Of a DNA stretch of 64,000 bases, positions 14,143 to 26,418 are shown one piece after another. The notes under the pieces were generated by a model. The model worked only from the letters and a program-made list of their open reading frames with translations, was not told the origin of the DNA and searched no databases. The DNA is from Eledone cirrhosa (taxonomy: Eukaryota). Made by a program: the position numbers and the translations under genes. The stretch spans positions 33,604,001 through 33,668,000 of the forward strand of contig OZ024744.1 of assembly GCA_964016885.1 (NCBI GenBank). Reading direction: 5' to 3'. Positions within the stretch are counted from its first letter, which is position 1. Every line of letters starts with the position of its first letter.

Positions 14143-14293
14143 CCAAACAGTAAATGTGGTTGGCGATAGGAAGGGCATCCATCCATAGAAATCAAGCCAG
14201 AAACAGTCCTATATGGGCAAGACATGGGCAAGACTCAACTTGCCTGTAATGGGACAAACCGTCTAACCCATGTCGAACGATGATGATGATGAT
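14120..14293 (+). mobile_element. 3' part of an octopus-type SINE with (GAT)n tail
   Basis: aaaagcaccc...gtggttggcgataggaagggcatcc...aaaccgtctaacccatg...(gat)n resembles the abundant Octopus SINE tail as I recall it. Confidence 0.65.
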
Positions 14294-14339
14294 ATATATA
14301 AATATAAATATATATATATAACACCACTACCAGCAACAG

Positions 14340-14880
14340 CAACATCACAATCACCACCCACCACCACAACCACCACCACCACTACTAACACCACCACCAC
14401 CACCACCTCACTCCACCACCTCACTGCACCACCACCACCTCACTCCACCACCACCACCACCACTACTAACACCACCACCACCACCACCACCACCACAACC
14501 ACTACTAACACCATCACCAGCACCACCACCACCACCACTACTACTGTGATAAGTGAAACACGAAAAAAAGACATTGACAGTGGTGATATTTCTCTTTAGA
14601 CGAGGATAATGACAAAGATAAGATGTTTGGAAAGAGGAAGATTCATCACAACTCACCCCCGCCATCACCACACCTCACCCCCGCCAACACCACGCCTCAC
14701 CCTCGCCATCACCACACCTCACCCCCGCCATCACCACACCTCACCCCCGCCATCATCGCACCTCACCTCCGCCATCATCGCACCTCACCCCCACCATCAC
14801 AACACTACAGCCCCGCCATCATCGCACCTCACCCCCGCCATCACCACAACTCACCCCCGCCATCACCACAACTCACCCCT
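14340..14880. repeat. (CAC)n tract and a degenerate minisatellite of about 22 bp (cacctcacccccgccatcatcg)
   Basis: 14340-14545 trinucleotide repeat; 14645-14880 tandem units. Confidence 0.85.
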
Positions 14881-15010
14881 CCGTACTCTCTCGCCCTCCA
14901 TAAACATTCATTTCACCGACACCCATTTACATATGTGTGTGTGTGTGTATACACATATATGTACGTATGCATATATCTATGTATATATATGTATGTATAA
15001 ATGTACATGC

Positions 15011-15046
<36 letters not shown>

Positions 15047-15259
15047 CGTTTCTGAATTTGTTTAGCAAGATTCTTTATCTGAAATCGTGTGTTGAAACCG
15101 ATATTGTTATACTTTGGGAGGGTCATGTTGCCAATAAGAAACACACGCACCAGTTGCTTTCACTTCAATTTAATTTAATATATATTTATAAATTTACAAA
15201 TTTATAAATTTCTGGTTGGTTGGTTGGTTCCACAACCAGATAGTTGTTTATATATATAT

Positions 15260-15304
15260 AGTCATAGTTCTTTCGTCACACACTCTGTGACCTCTTCAGT
15301 GACT
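15260..15304 (-). ncRNA. Minimal type-I hammerhead ribozyme in pLTR
   Basis: AGTCA-CTGAAGA-G-GTCACA gagtg TGTGAC-GAAA-gaac-TA-TGACT. Confidence 0.8.
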
Positions 15305-15601
15305 GGGGATTTCTTTCTTCGTTTCTGTGTCTTTCCTTTCTTCTATCCTACGCCATTTTGTTTGTGTGTGGGTTGCGTGCTCAGTTTGCGCATGCGCCAC
15401 ATCCGGGTGTCTGTGTGTGTTTGTGTTCATTTTTCTATTTTTCTATTTATATTTGTTTGTTTATTTATTTATTTATTGTTGGTTGGTTGTTTGTTCTATG
15501 TGTGTGTGTGTTTTCATTTTGTCTTGTGTGTGTTTTCATTTTGTGTGTGTTTTCAATTGTAAGTTGTTTGTTCTATGTGTGTGTGTGTTTTCATTTTGTC
15601 C

Positions 15602-18270
15602 TTAATTGTAAGTTGTGATGTTGCTGTTCCACTCATATTTTCTATTTAATTTTGGTTTTAATTCTTTTATGCTTACTGCCTCTGTAATTTGCCTAAACAT
15701 TGCGTCTTTCTTGTGTGTGGATTCTATTTTTATTTCTATGCTCTCTAATTTACCCCTGTGTTCTATCTTAGCATGTTGGTAGAGCACAGATGATTCTTTA
15801 CTATCTTGGAGGTCTCGCCAGTGTTCATTTATTCGTTCCCCTATACTACGAGCTGTCTCACCTATGTACACTATATTTTTGTTTCTACATTGTCCTTCAG
15901 TACATCTTATGCTATATACTACATTTCTAGTTTTACAGTTAGTATGGGGGCTTATTTTACAGGTTATACATTTCTTATCTATACATGAGGGTCTTTGGAA
16001 CGGGTATGTCTTGCTAATAAGTGTTTTTACGGAGGTACCAGGTCTTTCTACTATCTTAATATTGAGATTATGTTTCTTTAGGGCCCTTCTAAATTTGTAG
16101 GCTAGTTCGCCTCTAGGGGTTGTATTGATGAACATTACACTCTGGTATTTATTGCTATCATACCATGAGTTTATTCTATTGGCCTTGTTCTTAGTTCTTT
16201 CTATTCTATTCCAAAATTTGCTCCTATACAAGGGGCAGGTCCCATTTATGTCATTATTTACCATTTTTTCCCATTTGGTTCTGGCTCCTTTATACACTCT
16301 GATTCTATCTCTCTGATTGTAGCCAGAGAACTGCATACGGTGGATGAAGTGTTGTATGTGTCTCTCTAGTTCTTCGGGGTTGCACATGCGGGACACATTT
16401 CTCATCACCCGTATCAAATCCGCAATCAGTATGTTGATTTTGGTATGGTCCGAAATGGCCGAGTTTCGGTGGATCAGATGTTTGGAAGTCATGGGTTTGG
16501 CATAATGGGAATGGAGGATTTGTTTTTGGTTGTTAATAGTATCTAACCAGAGCTCTGTGTCTAGTACAGGTAATCGATGGTTGGGGTGTCTACTTGGGTA
16601 GTCTATAGTAACTCTAATGCTCTGGTGGATGGAGTTTGCTATTTGCTGGATGCTTTCCATTGTGTTTTTCTCTGGTTCCTGACTGTTCTTTAGTGGGGGT
16701 GTCTTAACTACGATGTTTATATCATCTACGTAGCGGGAGTACATTATCAGGGTTAAGCTGTCTTCTAATTGTTCTTTAAGTTTTTGTTTAAGTCTACTGT
16801 CCCACCATACCATGAACAAGTTAGCTATGTCGCCTGCAATGCTAACACCAATGGCTGCTCCTTCCTCTTGGGCATATGTTTTACCATTAAATTTGAACAT
16901 ATGTTCCTTAAGGGTTAATTTTATGCTGGCCCCTACCGCATGTGCAATCATTTTCTTCAGTTCATCGTGGTTTTCGGGTGTCCGTATGGCTCTGGTCCAC
17001 CCGTTCCATCTATCTGTGTGGGTTTTCTTGGCCATTGAGGTAATGGTAGGTGGTCTGCCTCTTGCTGGTCTTGTAGGGCACAGGTTGCTAAGGTCATAAG
17101 TGTCTAGGTAACTATTACTATGGGTAAGCTTAAGTAGAAGTCCCAGCTCACTGGTATCAATCCCACGGAACTCAACCTTGCTCTCGCTGATCATTTCGAC
17201 GCATTTCTCCACAGCAAAATCCACGTCAATAGATGGATACAGGGACACAACATCCATACTGCCTATTATGCAGTTTGTTAGGTCCCCAGATCGGTTACCC
17301 GCGCCGATTCTGCTGAGGAGGTCCTCCGTGCTGTCACACACATCTGGGGACATCTCAATGATGGGGCGTATGATCAGGGAGAGGAAGTAGGACAGTCTGT
17401 AGTTACTAGCAATGTTAGCCCCACAGACTGGCCGTGTTGGTGGTCCCGCGACAGGGTCCCAGCCCGTTTTATGGTCTTTTCGAAGCCCATACAACGCCGG
17501 CACGTCATTGTTCCAGGCCTGGAAGTTGTTGGCAGTCCTTTTGTTGGGCTGCATTATATTTGTCCACATCACCATATGGGCATTGAGGGTTTTTTCTCTA
17601 TCCTCATGCTCCTGTGGTGTTACCTCTCTTGTGTTAGTGATGTGGGGTTGCATTGCCTGGATGTAGTTTGGCAGGCTGTCAACCGACATTCTGCCAGACT
17701 TGTCTGTTGGAAAGCATGCTATCTCTCCATTACGCGAGCGCTGCATGAGCTTACGCAAGCCATTTGCAGATTCTTCTCCCAGTTGCTGGGCCTCTATTCT
17801 ATTATGCTTCTTGCTATACTGTTCTATAATATTTCTAAGTTCGGATTTAGCTATACTAAATTGTGCTTCTGTTTGTTCATCGACCTGCGACGGCAACTGC
17901 GTGCGTTTGTTAAATGGCAAAGTCGTGGCGTGGACTCGTCGTAGGTCGAATGATTTATCGGAGGGGTTATAAAACGGAGAGTTCCAGGCTGCTGCTTTAT
18001 GTGTACTAGTGCTATTGTTAGTTGTGTTGTTTCTATTTCCACCAACAGCAGCAGCCTCAGCTTCATGGTTGTTTCTATGTCTCTCATAATTACTCCTGTC
18101 TCTTTCCACTGGCTCAATGTTGTTATCTACCCTATTTTGTGTGTCTGTGTGTTCGTCTTGGTTATTCTCTTTGTCCTTAGTCTCCCTACTCCTTTTAATC
18201 CTATTACTTTCTCTTATTTCTCTGATTTCTGTGCTACTGTCATTACTTGTTTTCTGTGTCTGTGTGTTTG
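15602..18270 (-). CDS. PLE polyprotein: reverse transcriptase + Cys linker + C-terminal GIY-YIG endonuclease (frame open up to the inversion breakpoint)
   Basis: TDKSG, RKDHK, RPVC, SMDVVSLYPSI, GAAIG, RYVDD, LPVLD, CIDKKCITC, VVYSIRC..YIGET..ERINEH; 835 aa without stop, and the frame stays open upstream of the GTG at 18109. Confidence 0.93.
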
Positions 18271-19722
18271 TTAAGATTGATAATGTACTCCCGCTACGTA
18301 GATGATATAAACATCGTAGTTAAGACACCCCCACTAAAGAACAGTCAGGAACCAGAGAAAAACACAATGGAAAGCATCCAGCAAATAGCAAACTCCATCC
18401 ACCAGAGCATTAGAGTTACTATAGACTACCCAAGTAGACACCCCAACCATCGATTACCTGTACTAGACACAGAGCTCTGGTTAGATACTATTAACAACCA
18501 AAAACAAATCCTCCATTCCCATTATGCCAAACCCATGACTTCCAAACATCTGATCCACCGAAACTCGGCCATTTCGGACCATACCAAAATCAACATACTG
18601 ATTGCGGATTTGATACGGGTGATGAGAAATGTGTCCCGCATGTGCAACCCCGAAGAACTAGAGAGACACATACAACACTTCATCCACCGTATGCAGTTCT
18701 CTGGCTACAATCAGAGAGATAGAATCAGAGTGTATAAAGGAGCCAGAACCAAATGGGAAAAAATGGTAAATAATGACATAAATGGGACCTGCCCCTTGTA
18801 TAGGAGCAAATTTTGGAATAGAATAGAAAGAACTAAGAACAAGGCCAATAGAATAAACTCATGGTATGATAGCAATAAATACCAGAGTGTAATGTTCATC
18901 AATACAACCCCTAGAGGCGAACTAGCCTACAAATTTAGAAGGGCCCTAAAGAAACATAATCTCAATATTAAGATAGTAGAAAGACCTGGTACCTCCGTAA
19001 AAACACTTATTAGCAAGACATACCCGTTCCAAAGACCCTCATGTATAGATAAGAAATGTATAACCTGTAAAATAAGCCCCCATACTAACTGTAAAACTAG
19101 AAATGTAGTATATAGCATAAGATGTACTGAAGGACAATGTAGAAACAAAAATATAGTGTACATAGGTGAGACAGCTCGTAGTATAGGGGAACGAATAAAT
19201 GAACACTGGCGAGACCTCCAAGATAGTAAAGAATCATCTGTGCTCTACCAACATGCTAAGATAGAACACAGGGGTAAATTAGAGAGCATAGAAATAAAAA
19301 TAGAATCCACACACAAGAAAGACGCAATGTTTAGGCAAATTACAGAGGCAGTAAGCATAAAAGAATTAAAACCAAAATTAAATAGAAAATATGAGTGGAA
19401 CAGCAACATCACAACTTACAATTAAGGACAAAATGAAAACACACACACACATAGAACAAACAACTTACAATTGAAAACACACACAAAATGAAAACACACA
19501 CAAGACAAAATGAAAACACACACACACATAGAACAAACAACCAACCAACAATAAATAAATAAATAAACAAACAAATATAAATAGAAAAATAGAAAAATGA
19601 ACACAAACACACACAGACACCCGGATGTGGCGCATGCGCAAACTGAGCACGCAACCCACACACAAACAAAATGGCGTAGGATAGAAGAAAGGAAAGGCAC
19701 AGAAACGAAGAAAGAAATCCCC

Positions 19723-19767
19723 AGTCACTGAAGAGGTCACAGAGTGTGTGACGAAAGAACTATGACT
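19723..19767 (+). ncRNA. Minimal type-I hammerhead ribozyme in pLTR (further copies 38772-38814 -, 39359-39401 +, 41394-41438 -, 43121-43165 +)
   Basis: Stem I AGTCA/TGACT, core CTGAAGA, stem II GTCACA/TGTGAC, GAAA, very short stem III, cleavage after TA. Confidence 0.8.
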
Positions 19768-19918
19768 ATATATATATAAACAACTATCTGGTTGTGGAAC
19801 CAACCAACCAACCAGAAATTTATAAATTTGTAAATTTATAAATATATATTAAATTAAATTGAAGTGAAAGCAACTGGTGCGTGTGTTTCTTATTGGCAAC
19901 ATGACCCTCCCAAAGTAT

Positions 19919-19949
<31 letters not shown>

Positions 19950-20064
19950 CGCATGTACATTTATACATACATATATATACATAGATATATGCATACATAC
20001 ATACATACATACATACATACATACATACATACATACATACATACATACATACATACATACATAC

Positions 20065-20477
20065 ATGGTGGCTGCCAACTCGTTTTCGAGTACGGCCACT
20101 ACTTTATATCCATGTAGGAGAACCCCTACCGATGCGCTGAACGAGTGTGACTTTTTAGTCCAGCCAGCCACTTGAAAACTCTGGTACAAACACTACACTT
20201 GTGACAATTATTGACACATAGTGCTGGGCCCATTGTACCCTGTGATGACAAGTGCAGAGAGATCTCCAGATATAAAGCAATGCCTGTGCCTTGAAGCTTT
20301 TATAGTGAGCAAAGGCACTGCACAAAGCCAGTCCCACTCTCTTAACCAAGATGATATTTACCAAAACGAAGAACAAGTCAACATCATTGGATACCATCAG
20401 AGTTGCAGGTGTTATATCAGAGTTTTCCTTCTCCTAGAATTCTGCCTTGACAAAGGCTAAGGGGTCATCTCTCCCGG
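20065..20477 (-). mobile_element. 5'-truncated family A copy in (CATA)n
   Basis: Matches 32450-32862. Confidence 0.85.
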
Positions 20478-20586
20478 ATATACATACATACATACATACA
20501 TACATACATACATACATACATACATACATACATACATACATACATACATACATACGCACACATATGTATATATATATATATATATA

Positions 20587-20653
<67 letters not shown>

Positions 20654-20793
20654 AATGAGTGAGAGTAATGAACTTAATATATGTGCGCATGAAAATATAT
20701 CTATATATAACTTTATATGCATGTGTGTATACATATATTTATATATATATATACACACAAATATATTCATATATATATATATATGAATATATT

Positions 20794-20827
<34 letters not shown>

Positions 20828-21348
20828 AATCAGGAAAGAAGGTTTACATGGTTTGCTATACAAAAAAGTTTTTAATCACATAGCTTACATATGTTTCACT
20901 GAACTGGTATGTCTAGAGATCGCTATCCGCCTAATTTTGCGTCACTCGATCGCCAATACAGAATTATAACCAGTCAGATCTTCGGAGCATGCGAGAATGA
21001 AGAAAATACACAGGCAAGAAAATAAAAGAAAATATGGAGTAGTTATGGCATTCAATTAGAACAATAACAACAACAATTATTACAACAATGCTATCAATAA
21101 ACTATTTAAGGAGACCCTCACATTACTTAGGTGGGGGGTATATAATGTATCTAATATTACGGCGTGAAAACCAGCTGTCATAAGGCAAAAAGTATCGTAG
21201 TGTGTATCAATTTTAAATTATAAAGATAAGCTAGTTTTTACAGTCTTTCTCTTCATCTTCAACAGTATACATGAGTGGGACCACTGTCAAAGCTCAATAG
21301 TTGTAGAGTTAATACAGAGGTTAACGAATTAATATACGCATATATCTA

Positions 21349-21436
<88 letters not shown>

Positions 21437-22112
21437 AATATATACACATATATGTGTACATAGACACATACATACACATCAATATACACTCGTACAAAAA
21501 TATACATACATGCAAAGAGAAAAGCGTGCTAATTGTAGTTATGGCAAAAAGAAGGTAAAGTAACATTGTAGTAGTGAAATGAGAAAAACTAGGATCTAGG
21601 ATCAAATGATTGCAGCAGCTGAGAAGGAGTAAGATTGTTGGTAGATGAGGTATTTACAGACAATTGTGTGGTATAGACTTGTGAAGGAAATAGTATACTT
21701 AATGAATATATTTCTGTGGGTAGTAGGTATCCTAATTTAAAGCTATGTTATGTTGGTTCGATTCACGGAGGTTTGAATCTTATGAATTTAGTGGCTATTC
21801 TATGTCTGCAGAAGATAGATCTTTCTAACTTATTATTAAGTAGCCTTTTAACATTTCTAAGGATATACAATAGCTCAAGATCACACAGCCCGCAATAGGA
21901 CATCCCTGTACTATAGGTTTTAGCAGCCGACAACTTCGACCAGTTGATTGTGTAGCTAGCGTTGCTGTCCTTCAATTCCCATATTTTTCTGGCGAGGGTG
22001 GTGGAACCCATAAGTGCTCGATTTTTCATTGAGTGCCTGTGCACCAACCATCTTTTCTTAAAAGAACCCGCGGTGGATCCTATGTAATTCCAGGTGGAGT
22101 TACCCGAGATGA
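20828..22112 (-). mobile_element. 3' fragment of a second PLE family (GIY-YIG C-terminus + pLTR), probably Hydra-clade
   Basis: WNYIGST..FKKR..HRHS..INWSKL..CGLCDLE..LLNNKLER..CRHR (21763-22110); 3' end joins (TA)n; same pLTR at 27958-29778. Confidence 0.85.
20879..20991 (-). ncRNA. Hammerhead variant with CCGAAGA core and long stem II (copies 28008-28120 -, 29613-29725 +)
   Basis: catgct-CCGAAGA-tCTGACTGGT...ACCAGtTCAGt-GAAA-CATATG-TA-agctatg. Confidence 0.65.
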
Positions 22113-22170
22113 CTGGTTACTTTACTCTGAGTAACCCAGCTATTCTGTATGTAAGGCCGGTAGATAGGTA

Positions 22171-22215
22171 AATATTACTGATGAGTTGTAACAACAACGA
22201 AACTAGTTCAATATT
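22171..22215 (+). ncRNA. Minimal type-I hammerhead ribozyme
   Basis: AATATTa-CTGATGA-GTTGT aaca ACAAC-GAAA-CTAG-TT-cAATATT. Confidence 0.88.
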
Positions 22216-22637
22216 CCTTGACTGGCTTTCTGGAGAATAGAGGAAAGGTGTTTCCTCGAAAACCAGTATGACTCTAAAAACCGGTTTGTCTGTGTGTTTA
22301 CATACAGAATAGCTGGGTTACTCACAGTAAAGTAACCAGTGAAAGACTTGTTACATCTACATATGTATACGTGTGTGTATTCATATACACACTAGTATTT
22401 CAGTATGCATATGTAGATGTACATTTTTAACTTAATTGTTTAAGCGTCAGTCATACAAAAGTGAGTTACAAACGAAACGAATTTTAATTTCGTTTCGTTA
22501 TTTGTTTTTATCGTCTCCGCTGAACCGGTGCGTACTCACACTCTATGCAAATTAGTCTGCCCACTACTAATTTTCATAGAAAAAGCATATAACGATATGT
22601 GCTTTTACGATTCTCCAGAAAGGCCGGTAGATAGGTA

Positions 22638-22682
22638 AATATTGCTGATGAGTTGTAACAACAACGAAACTAGTTCAATATT
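22638..22682 (+). ncRNA. Minimal type-I hammerhead ribozyme
   Basis: AATATTG-CTGATGA-GTTGT aaca ACAAC-GAAA-CTAG-TT-CAATATT; perfect 7-bp stem I, palindromic stem III. Confidence 0.92.
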
Positions 22683-23016
22683 CCTTGTCTGGCTTTCTGG
22701 AGAATAGAGGAAAGGTGTTTCCTCGAAAACCAGTATGACTCTAAAAACCGGTTTGTCTGTGTGTTTACATACAGAATAGCTGGGTTACTCACAGTAAAGT
22801 AACCAGTGAAAGACTTGTTACATCTACATATGTATACGTGTGTGTATTCATATACACACTAGTATTTCAGTATGCATATGTAGATGTACATTTTTAACTT
22901 AATTGTTTAAGCGTCAGTCATACAAAAGTGAGTTACAAACGAAACGAAATTTAATTTCGTTTCGTTATTTGTTTTTATATATATATGTATATATATATAT
23001 ATATATGTATATGTAT

Positions 23017-23069
<53 letters not shown>

Positions 23070-23649
23070 TATATACATACACACACACACACATACACAC
23101 ATACATGTATATGTATGTGTGTATGTGTGTGTATGGACACACAAACAGATATATTCATATATAAACATTTACATATATGTGTAAATGTTTGCATGTATGT
23201 TTAAATAAATAAATAAATAAGTAAAAATAAAATGATACCCACCCTCTTCCCTCCAAATGCAACAAGAACAACAAAAAACTTAAATAAAATATATAAAGAA
23301 ATAATTAAAGAAAGAAGGGACGAAAAATGAAAAGAGAAACAAGTGGAGACGATAGTAATAAAAGGATTTTGTAACAGTATTTCATAATAGAAAACTATTT
23401 TAAGAGTGTTTTCTTCTTATAGGAGGATATCCGCTTCCCGGGGCGTTGTCGCCCCATCCCTGGGTACAAATAATGAATAAAGAATAACAATAACAATATT
23501 AATATTGACGCTTGCAGAGGCAACAATAACAAAAACAACAACCACACAGCAGCAACAATAATAATGTATATATAAATATGAATAAAAAATAAAAAATTTG
23601 TGGGCCTTGTTTAATATGTCATTTTCTGTTTTTGTTTACTTTTGTCATA

Positions 23650-23651
<2 letters not shown>

Positions 23652-23681
<30 letters not shown>

Positions 23682-24560
23682 CTTCTTCTTCTTCTTCTTC
23701 TTCTTCTTCTTCTTCATTCCTGCAGATCTTCCAGCAGATCCTGTCAGAAGCAACCGTCTCCAACTGTTCCGCCTGGGTTGCCAAGCGTGACCAGCCAACC
23801 GTCTTGCTCAAGCTCTACCCCTGGGTCTCCTGCCAGTTGGTTTTGACCATAAAATATGTCCAGCAATTCTTTCCTGAGACATTCTAACCACATGTCCACA
23901 GTATCTGAGCTGTGATCTCTCAATTCAGAGATTCTTTCCTGAGACATTCTAACCACATGTCCACAGTGTCAGAGCTGTGATCTCTCAATTCAGAGATTCT
24001 TTCCTGAGACATTCTAACCACATGTCCACAGTATCTGAGCTGTGATCTCTCAATTCAGAGATTCTTTCCTGAGACATTCTAACCACATGTCCACAGTATC
24101 TGAGCTGTGATCTCTCAATTCAGAGATTCTTTCCTGAGACATTCTAACCACATGTCCACAGTATCTGAGCTGTGATCTCTCAATTCAGAGATTCTTTCCT
24201 GAGACATTCTAACCACATGTCCACAGTATCTGAGCTGTGATCTCTCAATTCAGAGATTCTATCCTGAGACATTCTAACCACATGTCCACAGTATCTGAGC
24301 TGTGATCTCTCAATTCAGAGATTCTTTCCTGAGACATTCTAACCACATGTCCACAGTATCAGAGCTGTGATCTCTCAATTCAGAGAAGTAGCAGGTCTAC
24401 CTGGAGTGACTCTCTCATCTCAGAGCTATGCACTTTATCGAGTAACGTTACTCCAAAGACCTTTCGGAGGAACCACATTTCAGCCGCTTGTATACATATT
24501 CTTTCGGTCATTACCCCTTATTCATGACCATAGGTAAGGGATGACACGAATACCAAATTC
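23652..24560 (-). mobile_element. 3' fragment of RTE-clade LINE (Expander/Rex3-like) with (GAA)n tail
   Basis: Minus-strand reading QAAEMWFLRKVFGVTLLDKVHSSEMRE..GHVVRMSQER..GRRPRGR; (TTC)n at 23652-23716. Confidence 0.8.
23866..24385. repeat. 65-bp minisatellite, 8 copies, inside the RTE fragment
   Basis: Unit attctttcctgagacattctaaccacatgtccacagtatctgagctgtgatctctcaattcagag. Confidence 0.97.
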
Positions 24561-24799
24561 AAGATAGCGGTTTGGCTGTTACACCTCCCTCCCTGCTTAT
24601 TACTGAATTAGTTTATTTATTTATTTTATTTTATTCTTTTTGTGGGGTTTTCTTTTGAAAGTTCCCGTGAACAAATATATAAGAGAATTAGAGGTAAACT
24701 CAGCCAAGTCCAACACTGAATGGCATCTTATTATATTTTTTATTAAGCAGGAAATGAGGGTGGTTACCTGAAAGATATTATACGTTTTGGGAGTGTGTG

Positions 24800-24852
<53 letters not shown>

Positions 24853-24854
24853 GC

Positions 24855-24959
<105 letters not shown>

Positions 24960-25215
24960 CGTGCGCGCGCATAATAACATAGTAAAACAGGCTGGCTATT
25001 ATCACAGAAACACGTGTATGTATACATATTGTCATCATATGATCAGGAAATATTTACATAGACATACATACATATATATGCATACATACATATATATACA
25101 GATATATATACAGATATATATACATACATATAAACATGAATACATATATACATACATATATACATGAATATATATATACATGTATACATACATATTTGAA
25201 TAGATACATACTTAG

Positions 25216-25876
25216 ATGATGGCTGGCCCCTCGTTATCGAGTATGGCCATTGCACGATATACCATTATTAATAATTATTAATTAATTCTTGAATTAATTA
25301 ATAATTATTAATAATGGTATATCGTGCAATGGCCATACTCGATAATGGTATTTCGTGCAATGCCTGTGCGTGAAGATACTTTTTAAAGTGAGGAAAGACT
25401 GTGCACTGAGCCAATCCCACTCTCTGAGGGACAGTAGCTATAACCCGAATAGAAGAAAAGATCAACATCATCGGTAACTACTGAGCCGCAGGTTTTATGT
25501 CGGAGTTATCTCAGTTTTCTGAGTTGCCTTCTCCTAGAAGAATGCCCTGACAAAGGCTAGGGGTCCGTCACTCCCAGTGGTTTAACCGCGCGATCGGGTG
25601 TCTAGCTCGACTATTTCTATGTCCCCGCGCATATATATATACACATGCACCCATGTATATACACATATAAATTCATATGTACATGTCTTTATACATATTT
25701 ACACACTTTAGGATGGCCGTTGACTCTTATGAGTTCTTCCGCCCTTTGTCAGGTTTTGTCTTTTGTCCTGCAGGGTGTCCAAAATCACCCTCCTCACCAA
25801 GTAAACTTGGTGGGGTTGCCGGTTTAGTCACCGACGACCCGACCATGCGACGCCCAGACCATGTAAGAGTGACCCA
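25216..25876 (-). mobile_element. RTE-derived bipartite non-autonomous element, family B
   Basis: 5' part homologous to family A (gactaaaccggcaacccc, tctaggagaagg); 3' end ggccatactcgataacgaggggccagccatcatc. Confidence 0.75.
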
Positions 25877-26307
25877 ACATACTTACACACATATAAACTT
25901 ACGTACATTCATATATACATACGTACATTCATATATGCATGCATACATACATATATACATTCGTACATACATAAATATATACATACGTACATACATACAT
26001 ACATATATATACATACATACATACATACATACATACATACATACATACATACATACATACATTCATATCTACATACATGCATTCATACATACGTATAATT
26101 GTGAAATTATAAAACCAGAAGAACATACATACATTACACAAACAAGCATATCTCAACACAAATACATACATTCAAACCATATACATACACACACACACAC
26201 ACTTACAGACATCTAATGTTATTATGTGGGGGGCGGGGGGCATACCTGGGTATACTTTTAGAAAATTTACACACAGCCATAGAGATATGCACATCCTCAC
26301 ACACATA

Positions 26308-26353
<46 letters not shown>

Positions 26354-26418
26354 GCTTGTATGGGAGACAGAGATAGAAAGAAAGGAAGAAAGAAAAGGGA
26401 AAAGATAGTGGGGTTAAT

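Larger units (their letters stand above)
15043..19925 (-). mobile_element. Penelope-like element (Neptune/Nematis-like), 5'-truncated copy plus inverted 3' copy, in (TA)n
   Basis: 15043-18272 minus-strand copy; 18277-19925 is the near-perfect reverse complement of about 15103-16749; both pLTRs carry a hammerhead. Confidence 0.95.
22112..22978 (+). mobile_element. Retrozyme-like non-coding element: 43-bp inverted arm + about 1.8 tandem copies of a 467-bp hammerhead-containing unit, ending in (TA)n
   Basis: 22153-22511 repeats at 22620-22978; 22112-22154 is the reverse complement of about 22298-22340; no ORF within the unit. Confidence 0.8.

Noticed and set aside
15602-18270. Naiad-type or selenoprotein PLE
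   Set aside because: The endonuclease is C-terminal and there is no in-frame TGA.
18247-19425. Separate 392-aa gene
   Set aside because: It is the inverted 3' copy of the PLE ORF; its start comes from junction sequence.
23866-24385. Possible CRISPR array
   Set aside because: Spacerless tandem duplication of LINE coding sequence.
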